DNA of 64,000 nucleotides, from assembly GCA_041651395.1 (NCBI GenBank), contig JBAZJI010000001.1, forward strand, positions 251,920-315,919. The letters run 5' to 3'. Shown piece by piece: positions 35,138 to 44,900 of this stretch (the stretch's first letter is position 1; each line of letters begins with the position of its first letter). The notes below the pieces were generated by a model that had not been told where the DNA came from, made no database searches, and was given only the letters and a program-made list of their open reading frames with translations. Made by a program: the position numbers and the translations under genes. Origin of the DNA: Minisyncoccota bacterium (lineage in GTDB: Bacteria; Patescibacteriota; Minisyncoccia; Minisyncoccales; JAGOPM01).

Positions 35138-38100
35138 ATGAAAAAATATTTTTTATTACTAACATTATCATTTTTAGTTTGCCTGCCTCTTTGGGCTAGA
35201 GCCGTAACTGTCAGTGGGGTGGATATCCTAAATGATAATGGCGGCGGAACATACTTTATCGGTAATGTTTCGGGCTTGGATCCGAAAAAATATTATGATG
35301 CGGTTGTCTCTCTGCGTTATCCGGCGCAAAATCCAGTTTTTAGCGTGGGCTTGGGCGGCCGGGGCGATGTGGTTAACAATAAGTTCAAAGTTTTTATCAA
35401 AGACGTAAATTTGACGCCGACTTTGAGGCCTAATTATAAAATCGAGGTGGCTATCAGAGAGGATTATTGCCCTATCCGTAATGAAAAACAATGTTGTTAC
35501 TTTAGCGCTGATAGGCGAAAAAGCGCTTTGATTTTTTATACCGATAATGCCTGCAAAGATCCGGCCAGAATTGCCGGCCAGAGCGTGGGCGGGGCTAAGA
35601 ATTTTTCTGGTTTATCTGAGGCTAAAACATATTTGAATAGCATTTTTGCCGGAAAGAATTTTAGTCCCTTGCAGTGCGTGGCACAGGGCACTAAGAAAAA
35701 ATTAGCTATTGCTATGGCCATTGATAATTCCGGATCCATGGCTTTTGACAATAAGCTCAGTTTGGCTAAATTGACCTTTTTAGATGTGGTGGATTTTGGC
35801 AGCAAGCTGATTTCTTCTCAGGATAAAATTGCTATTGAGGGGATTTCTTTTGACACAAAAACAACTATCTTATCGCCGACCGGCGATTTGGCCAAAGTCA
35901 GCACGGCTATCAATGGCCTAAAAGCGCAAGGCGACACGGCGCTTTTTGACGCAGCCAAGCGGGCAATTTATCAGGTGGCGCGCCAAAACGGTTATCAAAA
36001 GGTGGTTATTTTGTTTACTGATGGCAATGAGAACAGCTCTTTGATTTGCAAAAAAGGAAGTTTTTATTTTTGCGCCAATCGCAGCCAAATGATAAGTGTG
36101 GCCAAGCAGATTGCCGCTTTGGCCAAGGCTAACAATACCAGAGTTTATACCATTGGTTTAGGCGTCATACCCAAAGCTGGGGAGGCGCCTAAAATGGCTT
36201 GGTATACTGACCCGCGGAGTAAAAAAAGTTTTTTAACTCCGATTAGTATTGATGGGGAAGTAATGTCCTCTTTATCGCTTGGTTCGGGTGGGGCGTTTTA
36301 TAATATTAAAAAAATCGATGAGCTTTTTGAGCGCATTCGCGATATTTTACAAAAGGAAGCGGGCGCGCCCAACGCCTATGCCGATTGCGCAATTACTCCA
36401 ACAGTACCCAAACGTTTCGTGGAAAAGCAGCCGGAATTTTATCTGCCCAAGACGCAGGTTACGGCGACATGCCGCAATATTGATCCGTGCACTTTCGAGA
36501 TATGCGAAACCGGGTCTTGCTTTGATAAAGTGCCCGACGAATTATCCAATGCGAAGCTGGCCAGCCGCGAGTGCGCAGGTTGGCAATCGCATTATTCTAT
36601 TTTTAACGGTCTGACCGTAACAAAAAATGACAATACAGCGGAAATAAAATGGAACAATTCCATTAATCGCACGGATGTGGCTATGCCCTGGGTGGTTAAT
36701 AAAGAAATCGGCGAGGCGGAGCAGAAGAGGTGTTTTACCCTTAAGGCGCAAAGCGCTTTTACCGGCGCAGCTGAGAAGAGCGAGGGCCAGCCTTATCTTA
36801 ATTTGTATTTGCCTAATGGTGAGGTTGCCCTGCCTTCGCCCATCGAATTTGACGATCAATGTTTTTCTGAATCCGGTTGTGCGAACCAAAAGCCCAGCAT
36901 CAGCCTGAAGTGTTTTGATTCGAAATTTGAGCAGTGCGCTACCAAAGTCGAGGCCTCTTTGGAAATTACCTGCAATGCCAATTTAGGAAAAGAATGTAAA
37001 GATTTTACGGCTATCGTGGAACTGCCCGAATATGTTTATTGGGAGATAGGCTCTTTGGCGTATTTTGGCGATCAGAAGCTTGAAGCTAAAAATGTCTCCT
37101 TTGATGCTACTTCGAGAAAGTTGAAATTTTTTGTGCCTTATTCTTTGCCCGAAAAAGCCTCCCAGGTGCTAAAATATTCTCTGCAATTTGCAAAGCCAAC
37201 CATAATGGGTAATAACACCACGACAATGGCGGCCACCTTGGCCATGGATAAACTGAGCGCCGGTTTTGGCCGGGACAAAGCCTGCTATGCCTTAAATGAG
37301 TTTAATTGTCGGCAGGGCGTGCTGGCGCCGGAAGTGGAAATAAAAAAGAGCGTGACGCCTTTTGCCGATTGTTCCAATAAGGCTAAAGTTTCAGTCGAAA
37401 TCAAATGCAAAGACCCCGCGGGCAAAGCTTGTGATGGCGTCTCTATCAGCGATTATTTTTTTGCCTTCAATGAAAACGATCTGGCTTACAAAACTTCCCT
37501 TGCCCGGGTATATAAAAAATTACCGGCCCGCTATATCCCCGGAACGCTTAAAGGCATTCCCGAGAGGATCGATCACGAGATAAATTATTGGGAAGCGATG
37601 AATGGGGGGAGCTTGAAATATTTGCAGCTCAATCTTTTGGATAAAACCTTCCTGGATGGCCAAACCATATCTTATGAATATGATGTCGCTTTTGATATGC
37701 CCGGAGATGATATCCCTGTTAATCAGGATAAATCGCAAGTAATGTTTGGCGGCCGGGCTTATTCACTCTACCAAACGAGCAGTTTTTCCAATCAAGATTG
37801 CCAAACTTGCGAACCCAAAATTAAGCGGACAATTACGCCCGTAAAATGCAAAAATGAATATGACATCGAGGTGGCAGTTTCTTGTTTTGGCCCGGGCCAA
37901 ACGCTCATTAAACAGGTTTATGACGTTTTGCGTTCCGACGTAGAAATTGTCGGCCCGCCAGTTTATCCGCCGGTTGGTAATTCGCAGGTAACTACAATTA
38001 ATCAAGGCAATACGGCCACAGGATTTGTGAATGTTAAGATTAGCGCCAAAACGCCTTATAAATTCAATTATAAAGTGAAATTCAAAGAGCCGGCGGCTTT

Positions 38101-39262
38101 AGAGCGACCGATTATTAACGATTTAGCCTCCAAGGCGATTTTTACCAGCCCTAAAGATGGTCGCGACTATTTTATCGAGAAAGACAGCTTATCAATGGGA
38201 GAGAATAGTAAGTTTAGCGCGGGTACTTGTTTGCAGATGAGTGTGCCTATAGAGTGTAAGACTCAAGCTAGCCAACCTTTAGATATTGCTGTTGTTGTCG
38301 ATACTTCCGGGACAATGGTCAATAACGGATCTTTATGCAATGCCAATCGTTCAATCGGGCAATTCCTTAACAGTCTTTCTCTTTACAACCAAAAGACCAA
38401 TTTATATAGTGCCTCTTTGGTTTATTTTTGTAATCTTTCTTACATGGCCAGCCAGCTTAGTAATAATATTCCACAGGTTCAAATTTCTATTGACCGGGGC
38501 ATGAATGAAATTTTTGGCAATCAGACCGATTGTTCAAAAATTACCAGCGCTGATTACAAGGGCACCTATCAGTCCAATACCAATATATGCTCCGGCTTAA
38601 AAGCTGCTTATAACACTTTGCAGAGTTCTCGGAATAATAAATTGGTTATTTTGCTTTCCGACGGTGCTTCCAATACTACCTGTGATGGCCTGCACAATCC
38701 GGCCCAGGCTTTAGAAGATGCTTATGGGCGGATTATTTGGCTGACCGATGTCTTAAAGGCTAAAGTTGTAGTTATTAAATATAATGTGCCGACTTCGGAA
38801 AGGGTAACGGCTGACGAGTTTTTTGAACGAATCCAAGCAATGATGCGCGAGAACAATAAAGAAATTTTGGTTCTTGAAGCCGCGGATACCGATGGTTCCA
38901 GCTTGGTGCAAAAATTACTTGAGGCCAAACGCTATGCCGATGTTGGCGGTGAGTGCCAAGACGCAAAATTACTCGGGTATCATCCTGCGGAATTTTTCGG
39001 ATTTTCTGCCGACCCGTATGCATTAAAAACTATTACTTATCCGGCCCGAGGGTTTGAGGTGATTTTGGGTAAAACATATAAGTCTGGTGAGGCCGATAAG
39101 GTTAACATTCAATACCAAAGTTCTTTGCCAAAGTTGCAAGCCATAGATGTTTATAAAAAATATTTAGAAGCTTTTCCTTTCCAATTCAAATTCAACGATT
39201 CTTTTAGACAACCCCAAACCCAAACAATTCAAAATAGTTCTGTAAATTTTGCTATTAAATAA
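35138..39262 (+). CDS. secreted protein with two von Willebrand factor A domains (1374 aa)
   Basis: It has a signal peptide (MKKYFLLLTLSFLVCLPLWARA). vWA 1 is LAIAMAIDNSGSM...GDTALFDAAK...VVILFTDGNENSS. vWA 2 is LDIAVVVDTSGTM...LVILLSDGASNTT, and both carry DxSxS MIDAS motifs. About 700 aa of unrecognised Cys-containing sequence lies between them. It starts 17 nt after the 711-aa gene. Confidence 0.8.
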   Translation: MKKYFLLLTLSFLVCLPLWARAVTVSGVDILNDNGGGTYFIGNVSGLDPKKYYDAVVSLRYPAQNPVFSVGLGGRGDVVNNKFKVFIKDVNLTPTLRPNYKIEVAIREDYCPIRNEKQCCYFSADRRKSALIFYTDNACKDPARIAGQSVGGAKNFSGLSEAKTYLNSIFAGKNFSPLQCVAQGTKKKLAIAMAIDNSGSMAFDNKLSLAKLTFLDVVDFGSKLISSQDKIAIEGISFDTKTTILSPTGDLAKVSTAINGLKAQGDTALFDAAKRAIYQVARQNGYQKVVILFTDGNENSSLICKKGSFYFCANRSQMISVAKQIAALAKANNTRVYTIGLGVIPKAGEAPKMAWYTDPRSKKSFLTPISIDGEVMSSLSLGSGGAFYNIKKIDELFERIRDILQKEAGAPNAYADCAITPTVPKRFVEKQPEFYLPKTQVTATCRNIDPCTFEICETGSCFDKVPDELSNAKLASRECAGWQSHYSIFNGLTVTKNDNTAEIKWNNSINRTDVAMPWVVNKEIGEAEQKRCFTLKAQSAFTGAAEKSEGQPYLNLYLPNGEVALPSPIEFDDQCFSESGCANQKPSISLKCFDSKFEQCATKVEASLEITCNANLGKECKDFTAIVELPEYVYWEIGSLAYFGDQKLEAKNVSFDATSRKLKFFVPYSLPEKASQVLKYSLQFAKPTIMGNNTTTMAATLAMDKLSAGFGRDKACYALNEFNCRQGVLAPEVEIKKSVTPFADCSNKAKVSVEIKCKDPAGKACDGVSISDYFFAFNENDLAYKTSLARVYKKLPARYIPGTLKGIPERIDHEINYWEAMNGGSLKYLQLNLLDKTFLDGQTISYEYDVAFDMPGDDIPVNQDKSQVMFGGRAYSLYQTSSFSNQDCQTCEPKIKRTITPVKCKNEYDIEVAVSCFGPGQTLIKQVYDVLRSDVEIVGPPVYPPVGNSQVTTINQGNTATGFVNVKISAKTPYKFNYKVKFKEPAALERPIINDLASKAIFTSPKDGRDYFIEKDSLSMGENSKFSAGTCLQMSVPIECKTQASQPLDIAVVVDTSGTMVNNGSLCNANRSIGQFLNSLSLYNQKTNLYSASLVYFCNLSYMASQLSNNIPQVQISIDRGMNEIFGNQTDCSKITSADYKGTYQSNTNICSGLKAAYNTLQSSRNNKLVILLSDGASNTTCDGLHNPAQALEDAYGRIIWLTDVLKAKVVVIKYNVPTSERVTADEFFERIQAMMRENNKEILVLEAADTDGSSLVQKLLEAKRYADVGGECQDAKLLGYHPAEFFGFSADPYALKTITYPARGFEVILGKTYKSGEADKVNIQYQSSLPKLQAIDVYKKYLEAFPFQFKFNDSFRQPQTQTIQNSSVNFAIK

Positions 39263-39270
39263 TATTTATT

Positions 39271-39429
39271 ATGGCCAAAATACCATCAACATTGCATCCT
39301 TTGTCTCCTAAAGGCAAATTTTCTAACAATACGCGTTATCAACAGACCGCTAAACCGCCCCGGCAAAGCCAGGGGATATCGCATATGAGCAAAAGATCAT
39401 TGGCCAAAAGGGGAAATATTAAGAAATAG
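39271..39429 (+). CDS. possible small basic protein (52 aa), absent from the ORF track
   Basis: The ATG lies 8 nt after the upstream stop. The translation is MAKIPSTLHPLSPKGKFSNNTRYQQTAKPPRQSQGISHMSKRSLAKRGNIKK. It has no SD and no homology, so it could be non-coding. Confidence 0.2.
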   Translation: MAKIPSTLHPLSPKGKFSNNTRYQQTAKPPRQSQGISHMSKRSLAKRGNIKK

Positions 39430-39510
39430 AGGACAGAGGACAAAAATTAAATCCTAATTTCGAATGTCACGCAGAGGACAGGGGACAAGATAGATTAAAG
39501 ATAGGGGACA
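39429..39510 (+). repeat. cluster of five (G/A)GGACA boxes in the 3' UTR or spacer
   Basis: GAGGACA occurs in tandem at 39429-39442 and again at 39474-39480. GGGGACA occurs at 39481-39487 and 39504-39510. A related pair (AGGGACA 28887-28893, GGGGACA 28903-28909) lies upstream of the 28952 promoter. Confidence 0.5.
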
Positions 39511-39536
39511 AAGACAAATAGCCAATAGTAAATTGT

Positions 39537-39569
39537 AAAAGAGCTGAGAATACTCGGCTCTTTTGTTTT
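39537..39569 (+). terminator. rho-independent terminator ending the 32985-39262 operon
   Basis: GAGCTGAG-AATA-CTCGGCTC is followed by TTTTGTTTT. Confidence 0.85.
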
Positions 39570-39645
39570 GTAGTTAGCTAGCCTTGGAAAATTTTGGTAT
39601 TGCTAGCGAGGAGTTATTTTTTAGCAGTTTTCCACTGCTAATTGT

Positions 39646-39674
39646 TTGTTGTCTTGGAAAAATTTCTCTATAAT
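39646..39674 (+). promoter_or_regulatory. promoter candidate, TTGTTG-17 nt-TATAAT
   Basis: The -10 lies at 39669-39674 within the shared 15-mer CTATAATTAAAGCAA. This places the track's TTG start (39646) upstream of the likely transcription start. Confidence 0.5.
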
Positions 39675-39690
39675 TAAAGCAAATATATAC

Positions 39691-41853
39691 ATGTGGGGGA
39701 TTAACATTCCGAAAATTTTTTTCGCGTTGGCGATATTTGGTTTTATGGTATTCCCAAAAACCTCTTTGGGTTTTGGCGGAACCTTAAATAACTATATCTC
39801 CTCAATCCAGATTGGAAATGAAATCAGGGATGTTTCCATCTCTACGGCTGCGACAAAATACAAAGCCCTCGATGGCTGTGCTTATAACGGGCAGAATTTC
39901 GTTAAGTTTAATCTTAAGAAGCCGCTGCCTTTCAAAAATATCCAGTTTCGTCTGGCCTGCGTGAATAGCAGCTACTTTGCTTTGAATGGTGATGTGGCGA
40001 GTGAAAAAGTTTTATTCCAATCTAATTACTCTTTTCCGGGGAATTTTACCAGCCCCGAATTTAATTTGAATTTTGAGGATTTTGCCGGGCAGGTATGTAA
40101 GGTTTGGTTAGTGGATCGGGGTAGTAACAAATATTTTGAAAATACCCGGCCATTTTATATTTGTGCCAACGGGGAACCGGAGATCGAGGTGGTTCGCTAT
40201 TGGAGCGGCTCGGCCGGGACAGAAATCAATGCCGATGCGCGCAACATCAAAGCCGGGCAGGACGTGGAGGCGGAGCTGAGCGTGAAGCCTTTGGATAAAA
40301 CAAGTTTAGTTTTTTCTTTGGGCAAAAGAATTTTCCGCCAAAACGGCAAAGTGGAGATTTTCTATCCCAATTTATTTTTGAAAAGCAAATATTTAATTGA
40401 TGTTCAGATTAAAAAGACTACCAAAGAACAGGCCGGGATAGTCCCAAAACCCGCGAGTGCGAAATTCGGAGATATAAAGTGTTCGGCTAGCGGTACGACA
40501 ATTTCGGTGCAGGGCAACATCGAGAATCCCGGCTCCGGTACTCCGGCTAAGGCTTGGATTCTGGGTTATCTTTGCAGCCAGCCGCAAAACGAGAAGTTTT
40601 ATAAGTATCTCGGGGTAAAGGACAAGCTGAATGCTTCGGCCAATTTGTCCGGCGTGGCCGAGGGGTTGCCCACTGATGCCAGGTATTGCTTTGAAATAAG
40701 GCTGCAGGATAAAACAGGAAAGGTTTCCAAGGGTTCGGATCAGGGCAAGATTGACGATTGCACTACTGGAAAAAATATTCCATCAAAACCAACTAATGTA
40801 ATTGCTTTCGAAAATATTAACGAGAGTGGGCTCTCGGGAAGATATATAGTTATAGATAATTCTGACAAGGCAAGTGCCGAAATTGGCTTGTGGCTTGTGG
40901 AAAATAGGCTCTTTAAGGGGGCGGCTCCGGGGACAATTGCCCGCAATGCCGGCGTGGACGCAGGCATGACCGGATTATTTTTTAATAATAATTTCCGCTC
41001 GGATTATTATTTATTGCCGGATGGCACCTTTGCCCGCAATGGGAAGCTTATTCGTTATTACCGTGGCGGCAGTGCATTTTGCATGCATCAAGACGGAACA
41101 TTTGAAATCGCCAGATTCCGGGTTTCTTTGGGCCTGAAAATTAATTCCCCCAATTTCCCGGCAAGCAAAAATAATATTGGCGCCTCCGACATCAATGCGC
41201 AACTGGGGCCAACCGACGTGAATGTTTACACCGAGGAATGGGGCAATGCCACGCCTTCAAACGTAAGGCACACCTGCATTTCGGTTGCTAATGGAAAAAT
41301 TACGGCTGTCAAAGTCGGCCCTTGCTCAATTCCCAAGGGTGGCTATGCCATGGCTTTCAGCGGGGGGTATTCTTCCAAAACAGATTGTTCCAAAGACAGC
41401 AAAGGGTGTTTAAGGGTTGGTATGCCGGTTTCTTTGGAATGGAATCCCGCCCAATACAATGAGGCGAATTTGGCTAAATGGAAAACCTGCAAATATATTT
41501 TTAGCGGTCAGCCGACCTTGTTAAAAAATGGCCAAACGATTTTAAGCTCCAATAATCCCAGCTCGGCCGACGGCTTGATTAATACCGATGCGCTTGGGTA
41601 TCCGGCGCCGCGCTCGGTATTTGGAATAAATCGCAACAAAAATACGGCCTATTTTGTTTATGTCTCTACGGAAACCTACCCCTATTTATTGGTTCCATTC
41701 TTAAAAAAGATAGGAATAACCGATGCCTTTGATATGGACGGCGGCGGGTCTTCCTTTGTTTATCGCGGTGGGCAAGTGTATACGGGAAGTAACGGATATA
41801 CCAATGCCAACTTGCGAAGCCTTCCGACAATAATTTTTGCAAACGTCAAATAA
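39691..41853 (+). CDS. secreted protein: novel N-terminal domain + phosphodiester glycosidase (NAGPA-like) C-terminal domain
   Basis: The ATG at 39691 gives the signal peptide MWGINIPKIFFALAIFGFMVFPKTSLGFGG. The C-terminal SGQPTLLKNGQTIL...PRSVFGINRNKNTAYFVYV...AFDMDGGGSSFVY matches the phosphodiester glycosidase family signature. Confidence 0.75.
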   Translation: MWGINIPKIFFALAIFGFMVFPKTSLGFGGTLNNYISSIQIGNEIRDVSISTAATKYKALDGCAYNGQNFVKFNLKKPLPFKNIQFRLACVNSSYFALNGDVASEKVLFQSNYSFPGNFTSPEFNLNFEDFAGQVCKVWLVDRGSNKYFENTRPFYICANGEPEIEVVRYWSGSAGTEINADARNIKAGQDVEAELSVKPLDKTSLVFSLGKRIFRQNGKVEIFYPNLFLKSKYLIDVQIKKTTKEQAGIVPKPASAKFGDIKCSASGTTISVQGNIENPGSGTPAKAWILGYLCSQPQNEKFYKYLGVKDKLNASANLSGVAEGLPTDARYCFEIRLQDKTGKVSKGSDQGKIDDCTTGKNIPSKPTNVIAFENINESGLSGRYIVIDNSDKASAEIGLWLVENRLFKGAAPGTIARNAGVDAGMTGLFFNNNFRSDYYLLPDGTFARNGKLIRYYRGGSAFCMHQDGTFEIARFRVSLGLKINSPNFPASKNNIGASDINAQLGPTDVNVYTEEWGNATPSNVRHTCISVANGKITAVKVGPCSIPKGGYAMAFSGGYSSKTDCSKDSKGCLRVGMPVSLEWNPAQYNEANLAKWKTCKYIFSGQPTLLKNGQTILSSNNPSSADGLINTDALGYPAPRSVFGINRNKNTAYFVYVSTETYPYLLVPFLKKIGITDAFDMDGGGSSFVYRGGQVYTGSNGYTNANLRSLPTIIFANVK

Positions 41854-41871
41854 CATTGTGGATAATAATTT

Positions 41872-41900
41872 TTGAGAAAATAAATATATAGCTTTATAAT
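41872..41900 (+). promoter_or_regulatory. promoter candidate, TTGAGA-17 nt-TATAAT
   Basis: The hexamers and spacing were read directly from the sequence. It lies 26 nt upstream of the giant gene's ATG, and no SD is visible. Confidence 0.6.
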
Positions 41901-41925
41901 AAAAATCAATACATTAAAATTAAAT

Positions 41926-44900
41926 ATGCAAAATATTTTTAAGCAAATAGCAAAGATAACTTTGCTGATTGTTGCGTTGTGGATTTTGCCACAAACCGCT
42001 TTAGGTTTCGGGGGAGTCGACTCAACCCTGAAATCCGGATTCAAGGGATTTAATATCGGGCAATCCAATATGGTTGACTCGGCTATTAATACGGCCAGCA
42101 CCAATAAGGGCTTAATGAGTTCTGGCTGCGTACCCATTCCTAGCTCTGGCGGAAGAGGTGTGGCAATCAGTTTTGCTAATCCCCTTAAAGATTCGGCAGG
42201 CTATACGCTTAAAGCAGCCAATGTTTGGTATACTTGCGTGCCCGGCTCCTCTTTTTGGGACGCGACCGAAAGCTATTTGACTTATTATGGCGATGGGTCT
42301 TATTCCGGGCAAATAGGCAGCTGTCAAAAATTGGGGACGGCCACCAGTTTGTCTTATAATTGGAGCATAAACAATTATGCCGGCTATGTGTGCAAGATTT
42401 GGGTGGCTTTTTCTAGGACTGAAACTTGCGCCGCCCAGCCTTCCGATGTGGCCAACATCTACTCCAGGCCTTTTCGTATCTGTGGCGCTCCGCTTGTCAA
42501 AAATAAGTCCTACTCCAATGCGCTTGGCACGTGCAATACCCAGACCGGCAAGGTGGATAGCGTAGAGGTTTGCGGCTATATCACCGATACGGGTAATGGC
42601 GGATCTATAAGTTCCTGTAAGATTGTTTTTGGCGGTGTATCTTATACTGGCACTTATGACAGTGTGGCCAAGGATTGCTGCGCGGCCATTAAGGGGCTGC
42701 AAAAAGGCTCCACTTATAAGTTTAGAGCCTATGCTACTAATAATTCCGGAACAGAAGGCAATGCGGGAACTGATACGATCATTACGACTATCTCTACTTG
42801 CTCAATCGCGAGTAAGTCGGTCAAAGTTACAACGCCTTTAATTTCCAATGTTACCAAAACATCCGCTCATTTTGAGGCTGATGCTTGGCTGGAAGATAGC
42901 ACTGGCGCCAAGAGCGCCCTGACCAGTGATTATAGTGGATTATTTAGGGTTATTGGCGGCGGAAAAACTCTTGATTTTGACTCAACGAAGAAATCCGGAA
43001 CTTCTTACACCTATCAAAGTGACGGTAGTAACCTTGCGGCCGGCACTTCTTATGAAGTTTATTTTGTAGTTAAGGAGATTAGTACGGGCAAGGTCACACT
43101 ATCTTCAGCTGGGAAATTTAATACTCCGCAAGCGGCTGGCCCGAGCCTTTCCATTGCTGCTGTTGGCACACCTACCTGCGGAACTTATCCGAACTGCAAT
43201 TATTCCGGCCAATTCAAAATCACCTTGAAGGACGGCAGCGGTAATCCGCTGAGCGGTTATGTGACCGTGACAACACCTAGAGGTTCTTCTTATGAAGTAA
43301 AAACCGCCTCTGATGGCACTTATACCATTACAATTACCAATTTGGCGAGCTTAACAACTACTTATACGGTTAAGGTGGATTACGGCACAGCTACAGCTCA
43401 GGCCACCATTGACCCGAGAACGGTTTGCGCTAATTGCAAAGAGGCCCCGCCCACAGACACTTATTATTCTTGCTATAATTATGCCGATGGTAATGGCCAG
43501 TATTGCGACAAGATTGCTTTAGCTTCTTGCACTGGTCGCACTTGTTATAAAAACGATTCTACTTGCGCTAATACCTGCAAAAAGCCAACAACTTGCGACA
43601 AGAATGGCATTTGTGATGCCGGAGAGACCCAAACTAACTGCCCGTCGGATTGCAATAAGTATTACGGGTGCTCCAATACAAACGGTTGCCAGCTGATTAC
43701 GAGCCTAAACGACAAGTTATTGTGCGCGAGCAATGGCCTTTCAAGCACGAATCAGATTTGTTACGCAAACGATTCTACTTGCCAGAATGCCTGCGCAAAA
43801 GATATGTCTTGGTGTGATGTTTCGGGGGTTTGTAAAACTTCTTTTATTAGTGAACAGGCTTGCCGCAACGAATATGGCACATGCTATGCCGGAAAATATT
43901 GCGGTGGCACCTCTTACTACGACAAGGATTCTAGGTGTGTTATCAAAAAGGATCTTTCTTGGTGCGATACCAATGGTATTTGCCAAACCGCCTATCTGGC
44001 CGAGGGCACTTGCCGGGACGAACATGGTTCCTGCATCTTAGGCAAATATTGCGGCGGCACTTCCTACTACGATAAAAATTCCAAGTGTGTCCAGAAAGGA
44101 AACTATTCATATTGTAGTGCCAGTGGAGCTTGTATTCCGATGCAAAATGTTGCCAAGGCCGCTTGCGAAGACGAAGCCGGCGCTGGCAACTGCAAGGATG
44201 GTTTATACTGTGGCGGCACTTCTTACACCGCCAATTCAATGTGTGTTCAGAAAGCCAATTACTCCTATTGCAGTTCTTTGGGCACTTGTGTGCAAATGCC
44301 CAATGTCTTGAAAGCCGCCTGCGAAGATGAGGCGGGTGTTGGTAATTGCAAAACAGGCTTATATTGCGGCGGCACTTCCAACTATGATAAGGATTCCAAG
44401 TGTGTTGTTAAAAAGGATATGTCTTGGTGCGCTAGCGGTATTTGTCAAACTGCCTATATAGCTGAGGGCACTTGCCGGGACGAACATGGTTCCTGCATCT
44501 TAGGCAAATATTGCGGCGGCACTTCCTACTATGACAAGGACTCTAAATGCGTCCAAAAAGGAAATTATTCCTATTGCAATACTGCTGGCGGCTGTGTCCC
44601 CATGGCTAATGTCATAAAGAAGGCTTGCGAAGACGAAGCCGGCGCTGGCAACTGCAAGGATGGTTTATACTGCGGCGGAACATTATATACAGCTAGTTCA
44701 ATGTGTGTTCAGAAAGCCAATTATTCTTATTGCAACATTAGTGGCGTTTGCGTACAGATGCCCAATGTCATAAAGAAGGCTTGCGAAGACGAAGCCGGCG
44801 TGGGTAACTGCAAAGACGGTTTATATTGCGGTGGCACCTCTTACACTGCCAATTCAATGTGCGCCCAGAAAGCCAATTATTCTTATTGCAGCGTTAACGG

